Shown here piece after piece: positions 30,577 to 41,664 of a stretch of DNA of 64,000 nt. Position numbers and translations under genes: made by a program. The notes below the pieces were generated by a model. The model did no database searches and was not told where the DNA came from. It was given only the letters and a program-made list of their open reading frames with translations. Source of the DNA: Cyanophora paradoxa CCMP329 (lineage: Eukaryota > Plantae > Glaucophyta); assembly GCA_004431415.1 (NCBI GenBank), contig QPMI01000658.1, forward strand, positions 62,001 to 126,000, given 5' to 3'. Numbering within the stretch: the first letter of the stretch is position 1; every line of letters starts with the position of its first letter.

Positions 30577-30770
30577 AGTACTAGTTCACGTTTCAATTCA
30601 AGTTTGGCCGCCCGCGGCCAACACTGGCAAGCGGGCCACGTGCCACGGTGCACGGCCCACGGGCCACGCCGCCGGGCCGTGACGGGCCCACGGCCCCACG
30701 CGTAGACTGGCGGCCCGCGGCCCCGCCGGGCCGGCACGGCTAGCGCCGGCGCCGCCGGGGTTACTTACCC
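30577..30770. repeat. Host interspersed repeat, right half
   Basis: AGTACTAGTTCACGTTTCAA..CAAGTTTGGCCGCC plus GGCCCACG microrepeats match 37988-38165. Confidence 0.75.
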
Positions 30771-30791
30771 CGGCGTATACGCCGTGACGTA

Positions 30792-30947
30792 CCGTGTAAC
30801 ACATAAATACTGGACTGATTTAATTAACAGAGTCCCAAATCAACAGGCCGAAATTCTGACATAGTCTGTTAATTTGGGACTCTGCTAATTCGCTGCCGTG
30901 CAGTCGTCCCATACAATCTACCCCCCAACATTACCGCCCCATACAAG
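30792..30947. repeat. Host MITE-like repeat copy 3 (inverted)
   Basis: Starts TA|CCGTGTAAC; reverse complement of about 423-575. Confidence 0.65.
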
Positions 30948-32364
30948 ACCAGCATTACATTACATTACCGCCCTGCAGCTGGAAGCGGAAAGTACTTTAA
31001 GTGTCAAGTCCCGCAGTCCGCCGCCCTCCCTCGCCGCGCGCCGCTCCACCGGTACCACCGGTACCCCTCCGCCTGCCTCCTCCTCCTCCGGATCCTGCCT
31101 CGAGCTCCTCCTCACCTGCGCCCCAGGACACCGATATCGATATCCCGCGGCCGTCATGTCGAGGTGAAGAAGTTAATTATAAGGTGGTGGGAGGAATTTT
31201 TCGAAGAGATGAATATGAAGAAAGAGAGGGAGTGGGCAGAGACGGCAGTACGTAGGGGGCGGGCAGCGGATCGCCGAGTCGGATGCGGGGCAGGGCGGGG
31301 AGGGGTGCGGGGACGGCGGAGTGAAGCGAGCGCGGACACAGGCAGGCGGCGCAGAGGGCTGGGAGCATGGCTAGCATGGAGGCGAGGCGGGTCGCATGCG
31401 CAAGGAGTCGGGCGGGGTCGGCCGGAGCCGGGGGGGGGGGGGGAGCTGAAGCCGGGGGAGTACTAGCTATAGTGGCCGAAGCCATGGGGTTGGCCGAAGC
31501 CAAGGGAGAGGCGCCGACTCCGGCGAAGGGGATTGAGCCGAAGGGGGAGGAGCCGAAGGGGATTGAGGGTCGACGGTATGCAAAGCCTGCGGGCCGGGGA
31601 GCCGGCTGGGTCGAGGGGAGGGGGGCGGTGTCACGAGAGGTTTGTACTCGCCGGGTGCGAAAAGAGAGGTGATGGTGGCCGGGCCTGGGCTGGCCCGTGA
31701 TCATGAGGACTGGCGCCGTTCGCACTTTTTGGTAACGCGCTTGGACAGCTTGCGACCGGTTGCCTTTCGTTTAGCCGTAGGTATAGACACCTTCCAGTTC
31801 CTCGTGTATTCCATTCCTTCCGAGTTCCCTGTACCTTTGATTCCGTTCCCTTTGTCGTTGGCTCTGCCTCTTCCTCCTCCATCTCTCACTGTTAGCCCTC
31901 AGGCAGTTCCGCCTCTTTATCTTCATCAACCGTCAGACCGTATAGTTTTTGGCAGCGAGTATTTTGTGTATGGTGACGTTCCTCGTGTGTACCCTTCTCT
32001 CTCTTCTACTTCGCTATTTTTGCCTCTCCCGCCTGGTTCAGCCCCATCGTCTGCCTTCCCTGTCACTACTGGCTTGCGTTTCGCCCCTCCTCTTATACTG
32101 CCGATTCCGAGTCTGAATCCGAGTTCTGCGCATGCCCCTTTCCTCGTGTCGTCCCCAGTTCCTCAGATTAGTCTTCAGCCGTCCATTGTTTTACCAACGT
32201 TTAACTCTACAATCTCGATTCCGTTTAGACACTCCGCCAGCGCTAGCTTCGACTCTCCCCTCTAGTGGTGTCCTACGTTTCGCCTCTCCTATAGCTACTG
32301 TTCTGCCGCCTCTGCCTCCTGCGACTACGTCTTCTAGTTCTGCTGTTAGCTCTATCTTGTCGTC

Positions 32365-35300
32365 AAAAAATTTGCTCGGATAGGTCCGGCCAGGCAGGGA
32401 GGGGGTTGCCCCCCGCCCCACGCGCCGCTGTTTCCAGCGGCTCGGCCGGACCCTAGGCGCTTTATTTACGATACCTTAGGCAGTCGTCCCATGTCTCCGT
32501 ACCTCAGGTAGTTCTTGAAAGCTCGTACCGCGAGCGTTTCCACTACTGCTGTCTCGTGGCACGCTGTCCCCGGGGCGTGGTATTCTTGGCAGTGGTCGCA
32601 GTGGCCCTCTCCGCGTATCCGATCGAGTTCCCGCGCCGCGATACGGTGCGATTCGAGTTCGCGTTTTCGCTTTCGATTCCGGGTCGGGTCGGGCGGGTTC
32701 GAATCCGGCCGGTCCTCATTCTCCGCTTCTTGCATCGCTGTCGCTCCCCCGACCTCTGCCGCGCTCGGCGTCCCAGCAGCGTCCTCGGGATGTCCTCCTG
32801 CAGCATCTGGGTCGGCCTCGCTGCCAACCGTCGGTGCTCGGTTCCCCTTCGGTGCGCGCTTGCTTCCCTGCGTGATCCCCCACACTCGGGACTCATGCTT
32901 GCTCGTTGTTTTGCTTCTCGGCTTCCAGATCTCGCTGTGTACTTCCGTGAGCACCGTCTCCGCCAGCTGCCGGCAGACCGGTATGGTCTCTGCTTCGGCG
33001 AATCCCAGGTCGACTAAGACTCTGTCCATGTCGTTCGGCAGCAGGCCCTGGAGTACCCGCATGTGATCCAGGTCGTGCGCGCTGCGCCACCCCTTGTGCT
33101 CGCCTTGCATGTCGTGCCATGCGCCCGGATAGCTATTGCCCGCCTCCGGCGCGTGCGCGTACCTCCGGCTGAAGTCGTAGCACCGCATTCTCGCCGACAG
33201 GCTCTTCTCGGCTACCGGGCGCGCCTCGTAGACGCGTTCTAGGTCGAGGCTCGCCTGCTCCACCGATTTGGTTGGCTGCTCGAGGTGCGCCGCCTTGCGC
33301 TTTCGGGCCCGGGCGTTCGGGGCCTGCTCGGAGCCCTCTGACCGTTCTGCCCGCTCCTTCGCCTCCTCAGCTGCGTCGAGCGCTCTGCGCGCCGCCCCCA
33401 CGACCTTCTTGTCGTACAGTTTCAGGAACTCCTCGTCAACTGCTTTCTGGATGCGGGCGTGAGCGGTGGGCAGGCTGGGCATTCGATCAGGTAGTGGCGC
33501 AGCGTCTCCTTGGGTTTGGCCTCGCTCGCGGCGCACCGCAGGCACTCCCCTTCTGACTTCCCCTCGTATAGGTCCGGGCGGTCGCGCAGGCGTTCGGGCA
33601 TCAGTGGCAGCCCGTCGATCAGCGCCTTCACGCCGTGCGCCCGCCACTTGTGCCTGTAACCGCTTAACTTGCGGTGCCAGTACTTGACGCTCAGCAGCTC
33701 GAGCGCTTGCTTGGGCTTCCGAGCGCGTCCCGCAGGGCTTCGCCCGTCCGTCTCAGTTGAGTCCACTTGACGAAGCTCCGCACCGCGTGTTGCATTCTGA
33801 TGTATCTGCAGGGGTCGATCTCAACCCGCTCGCCCTGGTGGATGAGCTCGAAGCCCGTGGACTCGGGGGGTACGAGTACGTCGGCCCGGTACGTCATGTG
33901 CTCGCCGGTGGTGGGGTTGATGAGGGGCATGTTCGCTGCTGCCTTCGCGCGCAGGTCGACTTCCTTGTGGATCTCGTCGTTGGGGTCGTGGCCCGGCACC
34001 CACACTACTTCCACTCCTGCGTCCTCCCGCCTTCCTGCCCCGCGGAGCTCCATCACCGCGCGCCACAGCCGGTACTCTGCTTCGTAGCTATCCCGTGTGT
34101 CTTTGCGCGCTGACTTCCGCCTGTAGTATCGCACCCGGGTGGCGAAGTTCCGTACGACGGAGAGGTTGTCGCAGTGTACCCTCACCATCTTGTTGAGCGT
34201 GCGATCAGCGTCGCGAGTATGGCCCCGTGTAGCTCGGCTTTATAATTGGACAGCTGCCCTCGCAGCCTCCCACCGTACTGCATGTGCGGTTCCTGGGGTC
34301 GTATACGGCGTACCCCGCTCTCGCCTTACCGGCCTTGCCCAGGTCGAAGGTGGATCCGTCGGAGTCGATCCGGTACTCCTCCTGTCCTTCGCGTTCGGCG
34401 ATCCGGGTCTGCATCCCTTCTGTACCCGCTTCCAGGATGGCTTCCTTACGCATCTCGTAGATCTGCCATATCGTCGCTCCCAGCAGCGCTTCGGGGCCCG
34501 CTTCCTCCTCTTCGTCTCCGGCCTCGGCGGGATCCTCCGGCTCGGGGGCGGCCGCTGTCTGCTCCCGAGTGTCGTTCTCTTCCGTCCCTCTCTCTCGCTT
34601 GGCGGTCGGCTGTACCCGTCTCCGTTTGCTTTGCTTCTGCACCCGTTTCCCTTCCTTGGCTGGGGCTGCGCGGGCTCGCAGTTGGTACCGGCTTCTCCCT
34701 GCAGCCTGCACCTGCGGCGGGTCTACGTCGTCGGGCCTTGGTGGGCCTCCGGGGTCCTCGCTCATGTCCGATTCGCGATCTGATTCTACCGCCTCCATCC
34801 CGCCCGTCCTCCAGGCGTTCAGCTCCTCGGTCTCGGGGGGCAGGCGCACCCGCGGCGGCCGCTCCTCGTCTCTGTCGGTTTCCGTCTGACGTTCGTACCG
34901 GACGCCCCACAGTGGGAAGAGCGCCTTTACTCTCTCATCGTACTCGCAGTTCTCGGGGTCAAAGTTCATGCTGCGTACTTCGGGGTCCGCCGGGTCCGCT
35001 TCCCTCGCCCAGCAGCACGTTCCGTCGCACTTTTCCCAGATCGTGTTTGCCTGACTGTTCTTGTCGCGGGGTACGTAGTGCGCGATGCGCGCAACTTGCG
35101 TTCCGTTCGAGTCCATCCTCGTGCTCATTACTAGCGCGAGTTCTTCGTTTCCTGGTATGTCGTTGGCTACCAGGGCGAAGGTGCCAGGTCGGATGTCATG
35201 TCCCTTAGCGAAGACTGACTGCGTAGCGGCCGCTCGCAGGCTTTGTTTGAGTTCCGTGCCCCCCTCCTTGCAGAGGTGCGTTCGGAGGAGCCTGTACCAT

Positions 35301-37266
35301 TCTGGTTCGCTCCACGCTCGTGATCTTGCCTTTTCCCAGGTCTTCCAGGGCAGGAGGTGGGTCCCATTCGGCGCCCTCACCTGCGCTACTTGGAGGAGTC
35401 CCCGCTCCATTAAGTGGGGAGCCATCTTCGCGTAGTCGCGCGACGGGACGTGGCTCTGAATCGTGTCCGCCGGTGCGGCCGGGGCGAGATCCGGGTGGGT
35501 GGTCTTGATCGTGTACCCCGCGCGCCCCGCCACGTGTATCGTGTGCGCCATCAGGTGCTCTTTCTGAAGGTACCGGGCCAGCTCCGTCTGCTCCAGCGGA
35601 TTCAGGTTGGTTCCCATTGCCTCTTTGAGGGCCAGTAGCCGCTCCATGCGTACCTTCCCCACTAAGCTGTTTGTGTCGCGCAGCTGCGCCAGCAGCGTCG
35701 TCAGCTGTTCTTCGAGCTGCAGCGCGCGAAGGTTGAACAGGCCGTAGGGCGCCGGCGACGTCATCATATCGTTTGGTACGCTTTTGCTCAGCTCCGCGTG
35801 GTGTTTAACTACCGACCGCCAGGTGCGCTCCAGCTCGTCGACGTCTGCATCGCTGAGCTTCGCCATCTTCACCGCGTAGCGTAGGAATCCCTGCACCAGC
35901 GTGTTCACCAGGTACACGCTCTCCTCCTCGTACACTGTCTTTGTTCTGAGCACGGCCGCGGTCGCTCGCAGCTTCTCCTTCATGTAGTCGATCTGGGGTC
36001 GGCTGTCGAGGTCGACTGTCATGAACACGCCGAGAACCTTGAGCGGGTCGTTCTCGCTCATTGTTCGTTTGATCTGCTTCCCTTCCTTGCCGATCTCCGG
36101 TGCGTTCATCGTGGGCCCGTATTTCGGGCTCGACTTCGAGTTGCGTGTCACGTATCGCGTTTTCTCGGCGCTGATCTCGATATCGTGCATATCGCAGAAA
36201 TCGCTGGCGAGGCGGGCCCTCTCCGCGATTCCCTCGCGGCTCTTGGCAATCCAGTGCGTGTCGTCCGCGAAGGCCGTGTGCGTCACCTTCGCGATTCCTC
36301 GGTTCATTTCACCTTCGCGATTCCTCGGCCCTTGAGCGCGCCTTGCTTCACGAGCATGTCCTGGAGGCGGTCCGCCAGTATCCCCTTCATGAGCTTGTCC
36401 CCCACCTCAAGCAACGTGATGGGCCGTACGTTCGTCAGTTTTCCGTCCCACGTTGGGATCTTGCTGATTCCGACCGTTGTCGCCTTGTTCCACGAGTCGG
36501 GCGTCCTCCTCAGGCGGACTGCGTCGCAGATGATGAGGTAGAGCAGCTCGTTAGGGGCGCTCTCCTCCGGCCAGCTCTTGATCTGCGAGTTCTGCAGGTT
36601 CGAGTCTCCGGGGGCCGTCGGCTTCAGCGTTCGCCTTTTCTCGTTGTACTCTGCCCATCGCGGCGCGTCCATCGCTCCCTCGTATTTCAGGTGGGTCTTG
36701 GTCTTGTACATGTGCTTCCATAGTCGCTTCTCTTTGAGGGTTTGGTCGATCTTCGGATCCCGCTTTCCCCAGTACTCTTCGAAGTACTCTTTTAGGCGTC
36801 CGCGCACTGACGGGGCATCTGCTAGGACTTGTGGCCTTTTATGGTCGGGTACTTCTTCGACAAGCGTTTCGAAGGGCACGATCCCCGTGCTTTTGCCCAT
36901 CGTCGCCTGCCAGTACCTGCCAGGGTCCGTCTTGAACCACTCCCTCGTCTTGTCCCGGTACTCCGCGCGCTTCTTCGTCTTCAGCTTTTTGTACTCCTTC
37001 GGGATTTCCCGGCGCAGTCGGTTGATGGCCGCCCCGAGCGCTTCGTGCCAGTACTGCCATTCTGCCGTCGGTGCGCGGGGTTGGGGGAGGGGGCCGGCCG
37101 GGAGGCTTGTGCTGACCGCTTGCAGGCGCGCGAGTCGGACCTCTGGCTGCAGCCGGTGCCAGGCCCGTCTCAGCTTTCGCATCTTTAGGCTCATGTTGTG
37201 CCGTCGCGCGATCGTGGGGGGCTTGTCCGGGTCGCGCGCGCTGAAGATTTCCGCGCAGCCTACTTC
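32365..37266 (-). mobile_element. 5'-truncated non-LTR retrotransposon (LINE) with RNase H
   Basis: Flanked by a perfect 16-bp TSD GCTCTATCTTGTCGTC (32349-32364, 37267-37282); begins mid-ORF. Confidence 0.9.
32466..37194 (-). pseudogene. Disrupted LINE ORF2: RT (internal deletion) - RNase H - CCHC finger
   Basis: RT motifs TAPGDS, PDSWNKA, NVRPITLLE, AFADD, ISAEKT, KVLGV. RNase H motifs DSDGS, HCDNLSVV, WVPGH..EVDLRAK. Zinc finger CLRC..ETLRHYLIEC. Several frameshifts. Confidence 0.88.
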
Positions 37267-37597
37267 GCTCTATCTTGTCGTCTTCGTCTAGATCTTCGTC
37301 TTCGACTGTAGTTCCTCGTGCGCGTTCTCCTTATTCGCTGCGTCCCCGTGCTCCTCGTCGTTCTAGTGTGACTAGTATTTCTGCGTCGACGTCCTTGAGC
37401 TCTTCTACTCCTTCTCCTCGTGCTCATTCTCCTTATCTTTTGCGTTCTTCTAGATCTGATCGTGTCCCTTCTCGTGATCCCTCTTGATTCTGTATTTTGT
37501 GCTACTTCACTGTATCTTTGATTTGTGATTGCTTTGTTGTCCTTAATATCACTACCTACGGGGGGTTCGCCCCACCGTAGTCTCTCAAAAAACAATT

Positions 37598-38170
37598 ATT
37601 TATAATTTTATATTAACGTACGTATGCAATGGTATACCGTATACGTAGTAGCCTGGTACGCGCGCGCACGGTACTGGCGAGTCAGGGATTTCCACCCATT
37701 GGTCGATTTCCATGTGGTATATCATTCGTCGGAGTGCTTTAATTGTTTTTACCGTAGTACAAAAAACGATTTTTTGAACACAGGTTCTGAATGTGTGTAG
37801 TAAGTGTTGCATGCTGGCCCCAGCCTGGCCGGGAGCCTGGCCAGTGGCCATGGCCCACTAATATTGCTGGGCCATTGCTGGCCCCCATGGCCATTGCATA
37901 TTAATATTGCTGGGGCTTCCGGGAATCCGGATCCGGGATCCGGATCCCACGGATATATATCGATTCCGGGATTTTCTTTGAAGTGCTAGTACTAGTTAAC
38001 GTTTCAACTTTCACTGAGTTCAAGTTTGGCCGCCAAGTCGGCGCCAACGTCACGGCGTTATAATTAACAAGCGGCCCGGCGGGCCACGGCCCACGGGCCA
38101 CGGCCCACGGGCCACGGCCCACGGGCCACGGCCCACGCGGGCCGGGGCCGCGGCTAGGGTTACCGTCTGA
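37598..38170. repeat. Uninterrupted copy of the host repeat that the virus interrupts
   Basis: Matches 1000-1370 joined to 30577-30770 across a single AGTACT at 37988-37993. Confidence 0.8.
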
Positions 38171-38483
38171 CGGTAATGTCGGGCCCCCAGCCTCCGACAT
38201 CGACAATGTCGAATGTCAGGTGGATTTCGGTTGCAAGTCGGTTGCCGGTATATATAACAAGCAGGGGGGCAAGCCCCCCCGCACTCCCCCCATTGCAATT
38301 TTGCAAGGGGGGGAAAGAAGACCGAAGGTCTTCCCCCCTTGCTTCCCGTTCCCTCGCTAGCGCTTCAGCCAAAAGTTTTCTATGAGGCCGTTTTCGAGGT
38401 TCAGTATGCAACGAAATTGTATTCTATTCTTTTTCCGATTGGCTCGGTGGACCGGTCAGCCCTCGACTTTGGAGCGTCAAACT

Positions 38484-38921
38484 CGAGGGGAAAAAGTGGT
38501 TTTCGAGAGCTCTCTCGAACTCGGGAAAAGTGGTTTTCGAGGGAACAACCAACTTCTGTCTCACTCCTCTAGGCTCTAGCTATACATCTGGGCTCGGGGA
38601 AAACCAACTTCTGTCCCACTCCTCTAGGCTCGATCTAGCTATAAATTTAAATATGGGCTCTCCGGGCCTCTCCCTCGCGCGGCGCTGCAGCTGCGGTGTC
38701 ACGCGGCAGTTTTGTATGGGAACCAGTTCTCCCAGTTAGCGCTGTCTTAATTAAATTTTGCGCGGCCGTCCAGACTGTAGTCTTTTGCTGCGCCGGCCGA
38801 GGTCGCACCTGTCCAGCAGACCAGTTCGCGTGCTGCGCACGACGTGCCGCTTGTCTGCTGCGTTCGGCACCTGGCCAGCAGACCAGTTCGCGTGCTGCGC
38901 ACGACGTGCCGCTTGTCTGCT
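38484..38921. repeat. Short local tandem duplications
   Basis: AAAAGTGGTTTTCGAG twice; AACCAACTTCTGTC.CACTCCTCTAGGCTC twice; 47-bp CCAGCAGACCAG...TGTCTGCT at 38813-38859 and 38875-38921. Confidence 0.75.
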
Positions 38922-40905
38922 CAGTCCGACGCGTACGGTCGGCGCCTCGCGTACGCCTCGCGTTGCGCCGCGTGCCTGCGCCCTTGCCGCCTGCTACCCG
39001 GCCAACAGCCCAGCACGCTTGCTGGGCACGGCGCGCCGCTGCACACCGCTTGCCGCTTGTTACGGATCAGGCTTCGGTTAGCGTTGTCGCTCCGGATCCG
39101 AGCCTTGCCGGGCCCGGCGGCCGCTACGGCCGCTGGCTGCACTGCAGCTTAAGCTGTAGCAGTCCCTGAGTGTTTGCAACAGCCGCCAGTTACCTTATTC
39201 AGCAGCAGCTCGCTGAAGCCCTTCCGCTGGCGGGTTTCAGACGAGATGGGACGGATATTGGGCCTCGTTTCCGGGCGAGATTTCCTGCTGTCGGACGCCC
39301 GATGCATGTTCTCTTCACTGAGTCATCGTGCACCGGCGGAATTTGCTTACATTGTCCGGACGGAGCCCGTCAACACTTCTGCTGGCGCACGAGCTTGTTT
39401 CGTCATGTTCGGCAGCACGGTCGCAGCGCTCGAGTTCGTGCAGTTTCGATCGAGTCGTGCGCTGGGAAAAACGCAGCTGCTAACGCACGTATTCACCGCC
39501 ACGCAGGGGACTCCCAATTCAGCAGTGCGTGCGCAGTCTGCAGTTGGCGTTCAGCTTTCTGAGGTTATATTGCATACACAGGTCGCTGCAGCTGAAGACC
39601 AGAGAAGTCCTCCCACAGGCTTATCGTCGCCTCTTCTTCTGGCGGTACCCTCTCGTTGGCCCAGTGGTTGACATGCATCTTCTGGCGCTGGCTGCCGCTC
39701 ACCCCCATGGGCGACTTCCGCCCCGACCCCCTCCAGAAGGCCTGGATCGCCTATGTTTACGGCGAGCCCTCTGCAGACAACACCATCATCGATATCTTTT
39801 AGCCATTCAACCTGCCGCGCGCGCTGGGCCGGGGTCGATCTACATCTGCCCCGTGCATGTTCGTGCCACTACTACTCTTTCATTAGATCCAGATTCCCCC
39901 CTTGCACCCCCGGCGCGCCAAAACGCGGCCGGGCCCCTAGTATCGCCACGGCAATCCCGGTTTTGGTCGAATTCGGCTGCTCTTGATCCGCCTGCTCCGC
40001 CTCCTGTGTCCTCCGAGGCTCCTCGACCTCGTGCCGTAGCTCTGCCCTTTCGCATCGTTCTGCTTCGCCTCCGCCTCCACGTCGTCTTGTTGTTCCTCTT
40101 ACTTGTCTGCTTCCTGTTATTTATCTTTCTCAATTTTGTCCTCCGCTTCTTAGTGATGTAATTTCTTCCGATATTGATGGTATCTCTAGCTTTGGCTCTT
40201 CTTCGTGTCAGTCATCCGGATCCTCTGTCCCTCGATCTGCTCGATTTATCGTCTCTTCTCGATCTGCTTTAACTGCTCGAGCTCATACTAGCAGACCGCG
40301 CAGGAGGTGCAAGCTTAAGGGGGGGTATTTGTACACTTTGCAGGGTACTTCGGGGGGGCGGGGGGGGGGGCCTAGGGAGGCGAGACCTATATATAGCTAT
40401 GCACGCGCAGGCGGCCGGGATAGGCGGGCGGGGTGTCGAGGCAGGCGGGTGGGGTGGCGAGCTCGAGGCGGGTGGGGTGGCGAGCTCGAGGCGGGCGGCG
40501 GCATGCGCACCAGGCTGGCGGGCAGGCGAGGCTAGGCCAGGGCGGCGGCGGGAGGGGGCGGGGGAGGAGCGGCAGGTGGCGCCGGGCACTGTGCATAATT
40601 ATATAGCCTGCGCAGGGCCGAGGCGAACGCATCAGCTCGCCCCAGACAGCGGCTCCATTCCCCCCTGCTCGAGTCTCGATGCGCCACAAACTCTCAGGAG
40701 CGCACATGTACAGGTGCAACAACGTAACAGCTGCAGGTACGTATACTGGAAGCAGCCTATATAGCTAGGTATATATAGCGCGCCACGCGCCGCGGCGCCG
40801 CTCCCCGAGTCCAAGCATGTATGACATTCAGAAGCACTTGGTTTAATTTGGCCAGTGGCGCATATAGCAATACTATGATAGCAGGTGAGGAGCGACCTCG
40901 ACATG

Positions 40906-41188
40906 TGTCGCATCCGACATTATAGCGGATGCTCGTTTGTGAGCCGCTAGGGTTCTAGATGATGTGCGCAGCCTTCGTGCTGCTAGATCGACGGCGCCTA
41001 GGCTAGTTAGAGCGCCGCGGTCACTTGTATGCGTGTGTCGGGGTACGCCGTAGCTGGACGGGTACACCCTCAGTCTACCATCCCGGTGGCTAACAGCAGC
41101 AGCACTCGCCAAACCCCGCCCTGCCGAGCTTGCACTCCGCACGGGCTTCCCGCGCGCACGATTAGACACACTAATCTCGCACGCGACA
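40906..41188 (+). repeat. 5' LTR (283 bp)
   Basis: TGTCGC...GCGACA; no difference seen from 57277-57559. Confidence 0.97.
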
Positions 41189-41213
41189 GGCGCCATTCTG
41201 CCGGAATCGAACC
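41189..41213 (+). other. Primer-binding site (tRNA 3'-end complement extending through the T-loop)
   Basis: GGCGCCATTCTGCCGGAATCGAACC is the complement of GG-TTCGATT-CCGGCAGAATGGC-G-CC(A). Confidence 0.85.
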
Positions 41214-41664
41214 TTCAAGGGTCGCTGGACTTCCAGGCTCTGCCCGCGCCGCGCGCCTCGCCGCGCCGCCTCGCATAAGCTTAAAGAGATCTGGGACGAG
41301 CTTTCCGGGCGACCGCCACTTGTGGCGTGCTACGCTGCACACTTCGGCCGCGTCGCCTCTGGGCGGGCTGATTGTGCTTCGGAAGTGACTCTAGTGTCCC
41401 TCGCGGGCTTCGGTGCATCCCCAGACCGAAGCGCACGCACGAGCTCTCGCGAGAGTCTCAATCATTGTCTGTGTCCCTTCGCCGGTTGCACGCTTCGCGT
41501 CGCACACTGTGCCCCGGAGTCTGCCAGCGGCAGTTCTCTGAGTGTCCCTGAGTCGGTTCTCGCACGCCACGAGAAGACCGTGTCCCGGATCTGCAGTGCG
41601 CTGCAGATCAAATCTTGTGCCCTGGCATTCTGTTCTCGTGGCTATACGCTGCAAAGAGAGCAAT

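Noticed and set aside
423-30947. Outer inverted repeats as the true viral TIRs
   Set aside because: They are diverged, have a third copy at 921-997 and end in TA-flanked MITE-like termini, so they are host repeats.
32191-37330. Ubiquitin/SUMO-like peptide (TVEDEDLDEDDKIELTAELEDVVAGG) restored when the LINE is removed
   Set aside because: An in-frame stop lies a few codons upstream and the match is short and low-complexity. At most a degenerate older ORF.
37556-37580. UUCG-loop hairpin as a Helitron end or ncRNA (also the hairpin at 38303-38342)
   Set aside because: No CTRR terminus or matching 5' end was identified; insufficient evidence.
39330-40270. Minus-strand gene upstream of the LTR element
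   Set aside because: Coding-like composition but multiple stops and no recognisable domain.
41189-41225. tRNA gene on the minus strand
   Set aside because: Only the T-loop and acceptor 3' strand are present; this is the PBS.
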